DNA of 64,000 nucleotides from Ginglymostoma cirratum (GCA_024137785.1 JAHRHZ010000051.1:12921427-12985426); one strand, 5' to 3'; positions 13,240 through 26,319 are shown, counted from the first letter of the stretch. The notes: a model not told the origin generated them from the sequence alone. Numbers and translations: made by a program.

Positions 13240-13490
13240 CATTTGCATCACCATCTTTCTTGTTGTTTAATCACTCCTGTCCTCTACTCTCTCACAAAGC
13301 TTCACCTTTGTACTACTTCTCAATTCCAGCCTGTTTTTTCCCACTGTTCTGCACTTTGCCATTAAACTGCTAAATCTCCAACTTCTTCCATTTCTGTCTG
13401 AAGATCATTGGTCTAAAACATTAAGACACCTTCTTTCTCTACAGATGTTGCTCGATCCACAGAGCGTTCTCAGCATTTTCTGATTTTAGT
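13240..13490 (+). mobile_element. Decayed PLE family B 3' end
   Basis: ...ttctttctctacagatgttgctcgatccacagagcgttctcagcattttctgatttt, with a degenerate hammerhead-like segment at ~13390-13425. Confidence 0.55.
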
Positions 13491-14218
13491 CAACAATTAC
13501 ATTAGGCTGAAATTCAGAATAGAGTAATTATGGTTATCTTTCAATCAATAAATGGCATCACTGGATGGATTAACATGACGCATAAGTGCAACCCTTTACT
13601 GTGTAATTGTAATAGCAAATGAAGAATCCCTCTCTATTTGGGATGGAATAGCATAACATGAATGAAACATGTGGAGTGTTCTTGTCTACTATTTCACTGA
13701 AATCCCAAGGAACTTGTTCATTGCAAAATGCAATAGAACAGCCATTAGTATGACACCAACATCATTTTCCACATCACCAGCACCAAGAAATACATCATGG
13801 ATGGCTTGAATTGATTAATGACATATCAAACTAGTTGCTAGTAAGAAAATAATTATGCTAGCCTTTTTGGTCCATAACTGTCTAAACAGCCAAAATCAAA
13901 GGGCTTACTTACAACAGAACTAATTACAATCACCCCATATTCACTTTGTTATAGAGCAATTGCTTTGACAAAATTGAGTTAACTTTTCAACCCTTTCGTT
14001 ACTACACTCTTTCCCTTAGGTGACATGGTGCGGGATGAACTAGAAAAACTAAAGATTGTTATTTTAATGAACATGGAGAATTTTAATTTTTCCTAACACA
14101 AGATAACTCTTTTATGATTGCAGTAGACTGTCCACCAAGAGAGTTATAGGCCAATCTCCCCATAAGTCAGTGCGTGAATGGTGTTCTCAATGGAAAAACA
14201 AGTCATGTGTTGGTATAA

Positions 14219-14290
14219 ATGACCTAATGTAAATGGAAGGAGATGACGTATTGTAAATGGAAGGAGATGACCTAATGTAAATGGACGAAG
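14219..14290 (+). repeat. 24-bp tandem repeat x3
   Basis: atgacctaatgtaaatggaaggag / atgacgtattgtaaatggaaggag / atgacctaatgtaaatggacgaag. Confidence 0.9.
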
Positions 14291-14579
14291 GAAATGTCTG
14301 AAATTGAAGCTGCATTTCCCCAGTGACAAGCAAGACAGTTATGTTCCAGCGAGTCAAGAAACATTTTGCCATGTTTTGATTCATACAAAGTTCCTTCCTG
14401 AAAATATACGAGTGATATTGAGAGAAAATAACGCTGCACATGAGAGCAAAACGTGCATTGTGATATACATGTCACTGAGGATAGATTAACAAAATTTAGA
14501 ACATATAGAACAAATAGTTGTCACACCATTGCTGTCATATCTAAGCAGATATGTTTAATTTTATTTATTTATAAATAAA

Positions 14580-14870
14580 GAAGTCTCCCTTTTAAGACAG
14601 AGATTAGGGGATTTTCTTTCTCTCAGAGAGTCACTAAATTATGGAACTTTCTTTCCAAGAAGCCAATCGAGATTTGGTCTTTAAATTTGTTCAAGTCTCA
14701 GTTAGATACTGTATCTTTTTCATACACAAAGGAGTGAAGTGTCATGGAGAGGGAGGAGGGAGTAGACATGAAAGTGGGACTGAGACCACAACCACACTGA
14801 TCATAATCTTATTGAATGGTGGAGCAGGCCCAAGGATCTAAAAAAACTACTCCTATGTCCTATTTTAACA
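14580..14870 (+). mobile_element. CR1 3' end
   Basis: ttttctttctctcagagagtc...tggaactttctttcc...atcttattgaatggtggagcaggccc...ctactcct. Confidence 0.7.
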
Positions 14871-14949
14871 TGCTTGCCATTCATTCTGATTTAATTGTTT
14901 GCCAAGTCACATAATTATGGTATTTATATTAGAAAGTGCTGAAGGGCAT

Positions 14950-15058
14950 TGGGGCACAGGGGAAGTGTCCCTACTTTTGAACCAGGTGGCCTGGGTTCAA
15001 GTTCCAGCTGCTCCAGAAGTGTATTATAATATCTCTGAACAAGTTGATGAGAAGATAT
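14950..15058 (+). mobile_element. Short tRNA-like SINE head
   Basis: ggggcacaggggaagtgtccctact...gcctgggttcaagttcca (B-box-like GGTTCAAGTTCC). Confidence 0.5.
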
Positions 15059-15214
15059 CCCTGAAAGTGCTGAAGGAGGTTGGAATGTTAAACAAATGCA
15101 TGGGTCCAGCAGAGCAAATTCATTCCACATCATGTGCAAATCTCGTATTCAAAAGAAAACTGATTGAGCAGAACTATTCACTTTTTGAAGAACTTGAGTA
15201 GTGTTGAATATAGT

Positions 15215-15258
15215 GTGTGCCGTTGAAGCTTTTCTCTTGCAACCATCAGGACAGACAC
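15215..15258 (-). ncRNA. Degenerate type-I hammerhead ribozyme motif (PLE family C)
   Basis: Minus strand gtgtctgtc-CTGATGG-ttgcaaga-GAAA-agct-TC-aacggcacac: stem I complementarity, palindromic AGCT stem-III loop, UUC cleavage triplet; core A9 is altered. Confidence 0.6.
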
Positions 15259-15720
15259 AAGAATAGCAAATTTCAAAGGAAGTATGAATTTATATTACAT
15301 GAGAAACAGGGTGTTAATGAAGAATTGCTCCAATGCTTTTGTCCAAATTCAAAAGGCATATTGACCCTCATTGGTTGGGGACTGCTGTGGAGAATGGGCC
15401 AGGGAACAATGCAAAAAACAGAAGTTTGGAGGTCAAAGCTGAAATGCCTGAACAACTTTTTTTCCTGCAGAGAACTGGGCCGTGCATATAAACATTTGTA
15501 GCTTTTAGCAAGCCTTGTTGTAAATCTGGCCAATAATCTTGAATTGGTTATTCATGTGATTCTTGGTACAATCACGATTATTCGGTAAGTGCTGTCCAAT
15601 CACTGAATCTCATTTAATTTTTGACATTATGTTCTGAGTTTTGCAAGCACAGACGACAGTGCAGGTAGTACTCTACACCTTGTAAACAGCCAAAGGGTCA
15701 TGTTATTTTATATGATCCCG
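15215..15720 (-). mobile_element. Penelope-like element family C: GIY-YIG C-terminal region and 3' terminus
   Basis: Minus-strand translation DSVIGQHLPNNRDCTKNHMNNQFKIIGQ...LLKAT...PVLCRKK resembles the SAIxxHL...F.II...LE...P.L segment of PLE GIY-YIG endonucleases; ends in a hammerhead-like motif. Confidence 0.7.
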
Positions 15721-16535
15721 AGTCATTAGGACATATGGTCCATGGACCTGCTATTTTGCTGTCAGAATGAAGATAAAAGCACAAAAATACAGTTTTCTTA
15801 TCAGTTGTAAATTCTCTTGAAAAATACAAACTGTGCTGTCATTTCAGTCATCCCTATCACCCTTTAAGACAATTCAAATAGCACCAGAATCTTTTGCTGT
15901 GTTCAGAATTAATATTGGATTTTAGATTTCTCACCATACAACACCCGAAACAAAGAAGTGTTGAACACAGTCGTTGCTATATTTGACATGGGGCCAGACA
16001 TTGAGAATTAAATGGGCGCTTTGTTTTGTGGAGCAGGCCTCTTTAGGAAAAAGTTTGTGACATGCCAGATGGTGCTAATCAGGCCTTAAGTGGGTAAGCC
16101 AGCATTCGCAATATTCGAGTTTAATAAAAATTCCGTTGGTGAGCATTGTGTAATTCAAAAAGAAAGAATGTGCTTACTGTAGTGCCACAGATGTATTAAA
16201 AAGGGATCTGTGTTAGCAAATAGATGCAAGTGTTAAAGTATGCAGTGAGGAACATGTAAATCAAGCCATAAGGTTGAATATTGGTACTTGCAGATCTGAC
16301 TCTGATAACTGAGGAAAATCAAGCAATAGAGAAAATCAAAATGGCTGCAGGGTTGGGAATCTCCTGCTGTGGTGTTTAAACCCACATTATACAGGTTTAA
16401 CATAACTCTTTCACATTTCATTCTTAAATATAATGCTAAATGAGATCTGATCTTCGAATACCTTACAAACCTTTGCAGCTACCACAGCATTTAGCAATTA
16501 CCTTATAGCGCCCTAAAACTACAGGGAATGTTATG

Positions 16536-16745
16536 GAGATAGTAGGAACTGCCGATGCTGGAGAACCTGAGATAACAAGGTGTGGAGCTGGATGAACACG
16601 GCAGGCCAAGCAGCACCAGAGGAGCAGGAAAGCTGACATTTCGGGCCTAGACCCTTCTTCAGAAAAAGGCCTGAAACGTCAGCTTTCCTGCTCCTCTGGT
16701 GCTGCTTGGCCTGCCGTGTTCATCCAGCTCTACGCCTTGTTTTAT
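16536..16745. mobile_element. Palindromic PLE family A mini-insertion
   Basis: Arms ~16574-16649 and 16667-16741 are inverted. Imperfect TSD cagggaatgtt (16522-16532) / cagggaaaatgtt (16746-16758). Confidence 0.9.
16631..16665 (-). ncRNA. Minimal type-I hammerhead core (PLE family A)
   Basis: Minus strand ttt-CTGAAGA-a-GGGTCTAGGCCC-GAAA-tg-TC-agct: CUGANGA and GAAA boxes, stem II and GUC triplet. Stem I is weak. Confidence 0.6.
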
Positions 16746-17612
16746 CAGGGAAAATGTTTTGACTGCATTAGGAGCCACATTAACAAGAAGTCAGTTACAA
16801 GTATAACAGTACTGTATAACAGCTTTTAGTATCTTGAGCCCTTTAATGTAGTTAAATAGCTGAAAGCAGTTCACAGGAATTTTACAAAGAAATAGTTGAT
16901 AAAATAATCAGTTGTTAGGGAAGAAACCACAAGCTTGTTGAAAATATGCGCTTAGGAACTATCTAAAAGGAAGAAAGAGAGAGATATAAAGAAATACAGG
17001 GAAAGGAAAATTCCAGTGTTTTAGATAACTAGTGGTATTAATGCCAATGGTGCAATAATTAACACCGGGGATACTCAATATTCCAAGCAGTTGGAGAAAG
17101 GATGAATCTGCTCTCCTCTTTTCAATCTCACTATTTGGCCACAACAAAGATATAAATTATTTTTAGTCTGAGACAATACCTCCCATCAATTAAAATCCAG
17201 TTAATTAATGCCTATTGCAAGAGTAAGAAGTCGATACATTTTCTTGACTGAAAGAAAGTGCAATTTTATTATCTACTAACTCTGAGGAAAGAAATGAAGA
17301 CATAACTTAAAGGATAGTCTCCAGTGCAAAAAAGATGATGAGGAATACACAGTTTAAAGTTCATGGGGCATCCTTGAAGCATACATTTTTAACCTCCCAT
17401 TTTTAGTTGGTGTCATGAATCATCAGCAATAGTGAATGTTTTATTACCATTATGACATCAAGAACCAGAATTGGAGAAGTTTAAATATCCTGAAGGGTCG
17501 CAGTGATGAAGGAAAATACAGAGAAACGGGCAGTAGAGGCAATTGGGGGATTTGAAAAGACTGAATAGAGCCATTTATTAACTGGAAGCAAATGCAGGTC
17601 AATGAGCACAGT

Positions 17613-17928
17613 TTTTTTTTATTTCTTCATTGGAATGTGTGTGTCACTGGCGGAGCCTAAATTTAATGCCCACCCCTAATCAGACTGGCTTGACAGGGCC
17701 ATTTCAGAGGGCAGTTAAGAGTCAACCACATTGCAGTGGATCTGGAATCACAAGTAGGCCAGACTGGGTAAAGATGGCAGATTGCCTTCCCTAAAGGACA
17801 TTAGTGAATAAGAGGTTTTTGAAACAATGGTTACATCATTGCCATTAGGCTAGCTTTTAATCACAGATTTTCATTTATTCAAATTTCAACTTCTGCCATG
17901 GTGGGGTTCGAACCCATGCTCCCAAAGC
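17613..17928 (-). mobile_element. tRNA-derived SINE (same family as 33432-33790)
   Basis: agagtcaaccacattgcagtggatctggaatcacaagtaggccagactgggtaaagatggcagatt...ccatggtggggttcgaaccc. Confidence 0.8.
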
Positions 17929-19249
17929 ACAAATTAACAAGTGAATGGAATGTGGTGCAAGTTCTGATAGGGGCAACAGATTTCTGGATTGTCTCCAGTC
18001 TACCTACAGTGGAAGATTCAAAGCTGGCCAGGACAGGCATTATGGGCCTGGATCAGACCACCCAACTTAGGTTGCGATCCAGCTAGGGATTTGGCACTTT
18101 TATGGTTAAAATGAGCAAAGTGTGAAATCAAGGGGGCCTACTAAGAGAATAAAGCCATATAATTCCATAGTTTTGAACCAACAACAAAAAACTTTATTGT
18201 GTCACTTTCAAGGGTAATACAGCCTACAGTACATGTAAAATTATTTCCAATGACTGTGTAATGACTCAGGTTCTGCCCACAATTCCAAGTCAGCATTAAG
18301 AAGTTGCCATTTTTCTTTTTTTACAATCACAGGGCAAGTAATAAGATGGAAAAATATGATCAGTTAAGCAAGGAGCTATTTCTAATCGCTTGGTGAACAA
18401 TGACAGACTGGCACCAGCAAGAGTTTGGCAAGCAAGTTGGTTCCATCTTTATCATCTTCCCAAAGGAATTATACACTGCATGTAGAACCTGAAAAGACAG
18501 GAAATGATGTACTCCTCCTATCAAGAATATGAACTGGCAACATTGTCTTGTAAGCTGTATCCATATCCATAACATGTCCTTGACAAGAACATAGATGGTG
18601 AAATTCTTCCTGTCTATACACTTATTTAAAAGTGGCACAGAATTACAACAGAAAATCCTAGTTTGTGGTCACATTGACCTTTTTATTAAAACTACCAAAA
18701 ATTAGGAACCTTGCCATCTTATAACAGCACATGACGCAGTTGCATCACAATTAACTCATTTGATTTCTCACACTTTACTAACCTGAGTATCTATCACCAG
18801 CTCCCCTGACATGAATTCAGAATCTGGGACAGTAATGCTAAGCACTTGCACTGTTAAGCTAAGGGCTGTGCAGTGGAATTGGAGTCCTGGGTCACTTAAC
18901 TCCTGATCTAGCCACACCAAGCAAGCAACTGCCAAATGCACACTACAGCACCTCTCTGTAAGGGTTATAAGTGGTAAAATAAACTATAAATTAATGGGGG
19001 CAGAGGGGAATGGAGGGAGATGAACTGTCTACAGTGTCATTGGAGGTCAGCAACAGCACAGCTAAGCCTTTCCACCACAGGTATTTTAAAAATGCAGAGG
19101 TAAAGGCAATTAACATATAGTAAATTGAGAACATTTAATCAAATAATGTACTTGTACTTCAATATAAAAATAACCTGTTCCCAAACATGTTACCTTTATT
19201 ACGAATGAATAGGTCCTGACCCAATCAACTTAAACTATAGATACAAATA

Positions 19250-19640
19250 TCCCGATTAGATGCAGGAGTAAGCTATTTGACTCCTCCAGCAGGTGCTGGC
19301 ATTTGATAAGCTCATAGCAGATTTGATGAGGGTCTTTACTTTCCTGTCTATCCCCTATATTCTTTGACTCCCTTGTCAATCAATAAAACTTCTAAGTAAG
19401 CCTTAATAATTATAAGTGAGCGTGCCTTCAAGCAGAGCAAACATGATGGGTAGAACGGCCTACTTCTGTTTCTATATCTTATGGTCCATTGGTCTTTGGT
19501 GAAGAGAATTCTCTTGACCAACAACTCTCTGAAAGAAAGAATTTTCCTTCTCCATTTTAAATGGGAGATCAATTTCTTTTTTAAACTCAATCCTCTATTT
19601 CTAGGCTCTCCAACAAGAGGAAACATGCTCTCAATCATGT
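19250..19640 (-). mobile_element. CR1 3' end
   Basis: Minus-strand ESMFPLVGEPRNRGLSLK; caggagtaagctatttgactcctc terminus. Confidence 0.65.
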
Positions 19641-20717
19641 CCTTGCATAGTTAAAAAGTACGGCATGAAACCAAGACAAAACTTGTCTCTGAGCCAGGAA
19701 GCATGATAGATGAGCCAAAGTTGGTAGCCGATCTTATTGAGTCAATTGACTAGAATGGAATTCAGCTTCATGAATGGACTACCAATCTTATTGCATAGAG
19801 GTCCGATAGTTTTAGAATGAATTCCTGTCAGCAACAGTGTTTCCTTCTGACCTTGAACAGAGCTGGTGATCTCTACAGCATGGATTTCCCCTTTCCTGAC
19901 CTCAGTTTGAATCTGGCATCAAGGTATGGGAATTTCTCCAGGCATATGGCAGCAGTGATGTCAGCAAGCAGGATAATGCCACCAAACAAATTGAAACACA
20001 GTGATAATGTAGAAGTTAAAATATCATGAACAAACTTTTAAAAATAATCTAAAATGGGAATCTTTTGATTAAATTAGAGTAATTTGGCAATAGATATAAA
20101 ATGGTTCCTTCAGTTCAGCAGTAATTATGAACTAGTTCACCATTAAAAATTCTACAAGGTGTAACTTTTTCAAGGATTTTTACAGCAAGGTTAATAGAGA
20201 AACAGTGAACCCTATTGTCAGTTTAATGACTTCCAAGAGATTACAGTACATGGGGACTTAAAGAATGCACCCTCTGGAGAAGTACAATCCTTGACAGCAA
20301 CTTCTGTACTTCCACATCTGCACATGTATGATCTCTGGACACTGCTGTCAGGCTTAGATGAGTCATAATGACGAATGCATAGAATTTGACATGCATTACA
20401 GCCATCAAATCTGAATCAGTATTTTATGGCATATTGAGAGGGCTTCCACAAAGCATTTTGTATGTTCAAGTCACTAAGAGAGTCAGGAGGATGTTTTACG
20501 TATCAATCTATCATCCTCATGTCGTGTTTCTCTTGTTTTTTTTTTATTTTTTCCTCTCTCTATCCCATCTTTCATATCCCTTTCCAACTCTATCATTGAA
20601 GGACAGATACGACAGGTCAAAATGAGGGAGTACATAGTGCACTTCCAATGTAATGCAGTTGGTCAATGGCCCATCTGGCCAACAATGCTACCTTTCTCAG
20701 TTCACAATTACCATTAC

Positions 20718-21758
20718 TGTCATGATGAATCAGAACCCCGAAATGTTACAGAGATTTTGTCTTAAACTTTTAATGAGACATGTCCTTTTTATTTAAAAAA
20801 AACAGGCTGCTACAGACAAAGGAAAAAAACGATGCAAATTTAGTCACAGTCTGGCAAAGTTGTGTTTGGGACCCACAGAATATTGCACCTGATGAGGTGT
20901 CAGAGAAACTTCACACAGAGGGAGAGATGGAACAGGAGGAGATGGGAGGCTGTTTGTCTCCCCTTCTCTCAGCAGAAAACCATCTCTTATACATGATTCT
21001 TTTATATTTTGCCCTACCTGGAATACAGTAAAAGGGTTAAAAACTCACTACAATCGTGGTTTGTATGCGCTGATGGCAGGACTGTTAGTGGACAAAGATG
21101 TGCTAGTGAACAGAGCTTTATGTGTACCAGACTGGGTTTGACCACCAGGTGCTGTGAAGGTCAGAGTTGAAGAACCACACACAAATCACTGTCGCACTGT
21201 AGGTAAAAGGACTCACTCTCTCAGCAGGCCAGTCAGGACGAGAAGGATTCTTTCATTCTGAGTGTTGCTGGCTAACCAAAGTCAGAAGGAAAAAAGGTCA
21301 AAAAATTTCAACTAACTGCAAGGCCAAGTATTCGGAAATTGAATGTTCAACTATTAACTTTTTACTATCAACTCTTCAAGAACCGCCTAGAGAAATGGAT
21401 CCACATATTGTTTAACTTGTATTGTTTTTAGACTCATTTTATATTTATATTTATATTTTGTGTGTACATGTGTTGTGTTATTATTTCTTTTGCATTTGTT
21501 AACTAATACATTCTTTTGGTGTCACTCTTTTGTGAACTCAATAAAACCTAATTAAATTGGCTCCTTTTAAACCCTAAATTCATTTGGTCTGGAAGAAAGG
21601 CATCCACAAGGGAGGGATTGTTTTCAAGTATGCTTGTTGTGACCGAGGGCGAGGGTGAATAGACAGGAATCAGTTTATCCCTCCTCAGCCAGAACATATG
21701 GTGTCTCATCCAGAATAATAAGAAATTGGGGAATCTTGCCTGGGGTCTAGATGTTACA
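20718..21758 (+). mobile_element. Probable solo LTR
   Basis: Begins tgtcatga, ends gatgttaca; internal aataaa and T-rich tract. TSD not evident. Confidence 0.45.
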
Positions 21759-21974
21759 AGTGCTCTGTACGTTATCCCCGACCCTTCACCCTGAGAATCA
21801 TTGTACAAAATCTCCACTGGTTAGTGCCATATCCAACACAAAGGCTGTGGTTGTCCTTAATTACCCCTCCTCTATTCATCACATCTCAAACTGAAAATGT
21901 CGTGGAGAGTCTGGAAAAACGCTTTGTTTTTTAAAGGTGTTTGACCATCAGTGATATTGCTTTTGGAGTTAATG

Positions 21975-22140
21975 GTAAGTCAGAAGGTGATAGGTTTTAA
22001 GTTCCAGTGCAGGACTTCAACATAGAATCCAGACTGAAATTGCAGTATCGCACTGAGAGAGACAGCATTGTTAGGACAGTATCTTTCAGATAAGAAATCA
22101 AATACAAGGCTTCTTCTGATTGCTCAAAGTGCATAAATGG
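21975..22140 (+). mobile_element. Deu-domain SINE 5' fragment
   Basis: agtcagaaggtg...ttaagttccagtgcaggactt...atctttcagataagaaatcaaa. Confidence 0.55.
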
Positions 22141-23615
22141 GTTCGTTGAGTGCAGAGGCCCAAGCAAACAGGTTAAAGTTACTGCCAGTGCCAAGGCAGA
22201 AGAGTGAGAGATAGTACCAAGAATATGGTCAAGTTGCTGGGCAATGATAAAGATGACTGACCAGGAATAAGCAGAGATGATGATTCTATGTATCATATGC
22301 CACTTTGATGTTTTTAGGCCTGAATGATAAGTACAGCAGCAACTGTAATATTGTGATCTTTAAATGAACAGTGAGCCTTGACAAAAACAATATGCCAAAC
22401 AGCACAGCAAAAAAACCAAACAGGGAAAGTTACGTGTAATGCAATGGAGTATTTCTCACAATGTCCAATATACTACAAAAGAAGCCCTTTAGTTATTCCT
22501 CAGTATTCTAATTTTACTTTGGTCCAAGTTATTTTGGTTTATCATTGATAACATGTCATATATTTTTTATAAAAAGCTTTGACAGGTTTCTGTGACTCAA
22601 GTTTGAGCAGGCATGTTACCTAGGGAAATGCAGAAAACGGTGCAAATTGAATGATCACTGAAGCACTCTGGGTTAATTAACAACTGTACCTGGGGATAAT
22701 AATTGAATGTCTGCCCATTTACTGGCTCAACAGCTTCTCCAAGAAAGTTTCACCTCACAATGTCATCAACCCTCTTTCAATAAACGTGCTCATACAAAAG
22801 AACTATTAACATAGCTGACAAATAACCAATTTTAAAAGAGTGCTTTCTTGCCATTTATTTTCACTTTCCAGCCACACCATGGCCCTCCTGGTGTAATTGC
22901 ATAATGGAAACAGCTTTTTGTATTAAAGCTTTGAACTCTTTAGGTCCACAGGTGTAATACAGTTTTATACTTGGTCTTAAGACACTGGAGCAGCAATACA
23001 GATGATTCTTTAAAACTATAGTAGTCCTACAACTCATCTGACTTTCCTGTCTTCAAACTTCTTTGACACCCAAATATATCTAGTTGCTTTGTTAAGCTTC
23101 TACCTATGTACATCAATATCTGGCTCTTACCAATACTGTTCAGAATTTTTTAACTCTTCCAAAAAATCATTGCAAAAACTCACCTTTCCAGAAAGCAAGC
23201 CTCAACATTCTTAATATTTATTTACATCTTAACCCTCAGGAGCTGAGCCTGGCTGGACTTTTAGCTTTGCAGTACCGTGATTTTGAAATTCATCAATGAA
23301 AAACTGCTGTTAATCCACTACAATTCCCAACTCTGATTGGAGGTAGTCCTGGAGATACCGTGCCTATCCTACCTCTCACCCTTCACCTAGCTTCAATCCA
23401 ACTAGTCTCTGCGCTTCTCTGACCCAAGCCATCTTTATCCAATCCATTCTTTCTGACCCCATTCCCTGGTCTTCTCTCCAAAGTCTTCATTCCTGACACC
23501 TGACTGTGATTCTCCACCTCTGAAGCCAGACACACATTCTTCTCCTTTAGTTGTAATCTCCTATCTTTATTCCTGTTGATAGCTTTCAAAGCCAGCTCTT
23601 CTCTCCTCTTTTGAA

Positions 23616-23960
23616 CTGAAAGTAAAGCTTTTTCTAAAGTGTCCCTTGAAAACTCCCAGTTCAGGTACAGCATGGGGCTAGATACAGGAAAAAATCTACT
23701 CTACTTTTGAACTAAAATTAAATGGAAAGTAAAACTTTCTCGACACCTTTGCCATCAAATACTCCCAGGACAGGTACAGCACAAAGTTGGATATAAAATC
23801 CCTTCTCCTCTTTAAAGCTGAATTTGAAATTCTCTCTACTGTTTTGAATTGGAAGTAAACCATTAAAATATAAGTAAAGCTGCGTTGATATCATCATCAA
23901 GCACTTTCAGGACAGGGGCAGCACAAGGTTAGATACAGAGTAAAGCTCTTTCTACTCTTT
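23616..23960 (+). repeat. Degenerate minisatellite
   Basis: Recurring actcccaggacaggtacagcac..gttagatacagagtaaagctc modules at ~23652, 23761 and 23902. Confidence 0.7.
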
Positions 23961-24479
23961 TAAACCCAGCCCTTCTCTGTGCTTTCTCTCCTAAATCTGC
24001 TCCTTCCTCAGAATTCCAGCTGTCTGCCATTTGCCTGCCCTATTTTCAGTCCTCTCCAAGCAGGGATTACTCTCTTACAGTGCCTGGTCATTTTTGGCAG
24101 AGAGAGGAGATAGGGCAGGGGTTGTGATGTCAGGCATATCACCAGGTTAGAGTGGTAACCAGCGCCAACAATGAGCAGGGGTAAGAAATGTTCCTGTAGG
24201 CTTCCTGTAGATTCCTGTAGGCTTCCTGAAAGACTCCCAGACAATCTAAGGGGCAAGACAGTCTTATAGCCCACTGCAATGTCTCCCCAGATCCTGCAAC
24301 AGCCTCATAGATCATCTGAAAGGAGAGACATAATATTAGTTGTCTTCACGTCTTTGGGAGGGAGGAAAATAAAATGATGGTGAATTCTTTAAATGGCCAG
24401 TTCAGGGACCGTTTCAGTCTTCTCAAAGGTGGCAGGTGAATTAGCAGTCACAGTGGATTCAGCAGCTGGAGAAAGAGAA

Positions 24480-24850
24480 GTAATGCATTCGTACTGAGCT
24501 TTACAAACTTTAGGATTTGTTACAGCTATAATCAGGTACTTTAATTGTGTTATCAGTGTTGCTACATGTATCTAAATTGAGCACAGGATCCCAGATAGAC
24601 TGTCCTTCTGTGATCCTGCTAAATAATGAACAGGGCACTGGGAATAGCAGCCCTACTTTTCGTCAAAGTTATGGAATAGGATCTTTTATGTCCTCCTGAG
24701 ACCCTCATCATAAAGACAACACTTTTGACCAGCCAGTGCTCCATTAGTGCAGCACCTGGTCGGGTTTCAGCCTTTATGTCCTCAAGTGTGTGGAATGGGA
24801 CTTGAACTCATAATTTTCCATTGTTCCTGTGGAGGTGTTCTTAAAGGAAC
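24480..24850 (-). mobile_element. Deu-domain SINE, decayed
   Basis: ggaataggatcttttatgtcctcctgag...gtggaatgggacttgaactcataa. Confidence 0.55.
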
Positions 24851-25530
24851 ACAGGCTCAGAATGGAGCCCCTTATGAACAATCATGGTAGAAGGTAGATG
24901 GCAATACATCCAACCACCTTATAACCTAGCACACAGTGAAAGAACTGATTGACTCTATAAGGGTGCACAAAGTAATGCAATGCTCTGGTGTATGTATAGA
25001 ACATACCCTACCAATTTTACAGCTTTACTCCTTTTTTTCAAAACCCATCACAATCTTTCTTTATCAATGACTTTCTAGATTCATAACCACAATCATTGCT
25101 TGCCACATCAGCTTCTCATTTTCATTCAGGGCAATTTTATTTAAAAGACTGTCCCCAATCTCCTCCATCAACACAATCCTCTGCGATATCTGCGCTCTTT
25201 TCATTCAAATCTCTTGCACATTCTTAATTATAATTGTTCTACCTTTGGTGGTTATATCTTCTGTCACTGGGCCTAAAGCTCTGGAATTCCTTTGTACACC
25301 ATTTTTGCTCATTTTCCCCCTTTAAGATATTCTTTAAAACTTACCTATTCAACAAAGTTGTTGTTGTTATCTGGCCTAATTAACTCATGTGGTCCAGTGC
25401 CACTGTTTCTTTTACAAAGATCTTGTGAAATATGTTGGAATGTTTCATTACGTTAAAGGCACTAAATAAATACACAATTCTCCATTTTGCATTATGACAC
25501 ACATCCCTCATTTGGAAGAAATCACCAAAC

Positions 25531-25757
25531 CAGTGCTTCCCAAACTTTTTAACTTGGTGACACCAATGCAAGTTTTGAAAATTGTCACAAGCTGTCAGTA
25601 TTGAGAGGGGCTGGTAAGAATGTGAATCCGTATGTTTATAGAGTTCTAACTTGTGCAGAGCCCCATGATGGCTATTGCTACCCTCAGAGCTCGTGACACC
25701 AAACTTTCAGCTCTGGACCACACTTGGGGTCTCAACCACTATTCTGGGAAACCCTAC
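25531..25757. mobile_element. hAT/Charlie-like MITE
   Basis: Terminal inverted similarity cagtgcttcccaaact ... ttctgggaaaccct. Confidence 0.5.
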
Positions 25758-25960
25758 AGCTAGCACAGTTGGCTAGACAGCTGGTTTACAATGCAAAGTG
25801 ATGCCAACAATTCCCACACCAGCTAAGGTCACCATGAAGGTCCTGCTTTCATGACCTCACCCCAGCACTGAGGCGTGGTGACCCTCAGGTAAAACTTGAG
25901 TTATCTTTCTCTAATGAGAGAGCAGCACCATAGTCCTTTGGGACTATGGTGGCCACTATT
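25758..25960 (+). mobile_element. tRNA-derived SINE (third family)
   Basis: tagcacagttggctagacagctggttt...gaggcgtggtgaccctcaggt...ctctaatgagagagcagc...gggactatgg. Confidence 0.55.
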
Positions 25961-26319
25961 GTATAACACTGACAGGCTGCTAATACTTTAGCCATAAGTG
26001 ATCATAGATACACCCCAGGCATTCTCATTCCGTGCCACAATTAAGTGGATATCCAAGATACTTCAGAAAAAAATGTAGAAATAAAATTAAAATGTTACGA
26101 AGAATCACAGACATTTGCTGATTCTTTTGGAATATTTGTCATTGAAACCCCTTCCTCCCTTCAAGGCCATAACAAAAGTTTTATCATAAAGCATGCAAGC
26201 ACTGAATAGTTTCAACCTCACAATTAATGACAGCAGAAAAAAGTAAAACATCACAGAAAAATGCTGGTATGTGTTTCATTCAACAAATGGAATGTGTTTC
26301 TGAAAAGGTAGCTAGTTGT

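Larger units (their letters stand above)
12087..13240 (+). mobile_element. Probable solo LTR containing a nested PLE fragment and a MITE
   Basis: TG...ACA-type ends and an internal AATAAA (13092) followed by a T-rich U5-like tract. No TSD confirmed. Confidence 0.45.

Noticed and set aside
20885-20915. ctgatgag-gtgtcaga-gaaac-ttc hammerhead-like string
   Set aside because: No stem II or stem I pairing; likely chance within a probable LTR.
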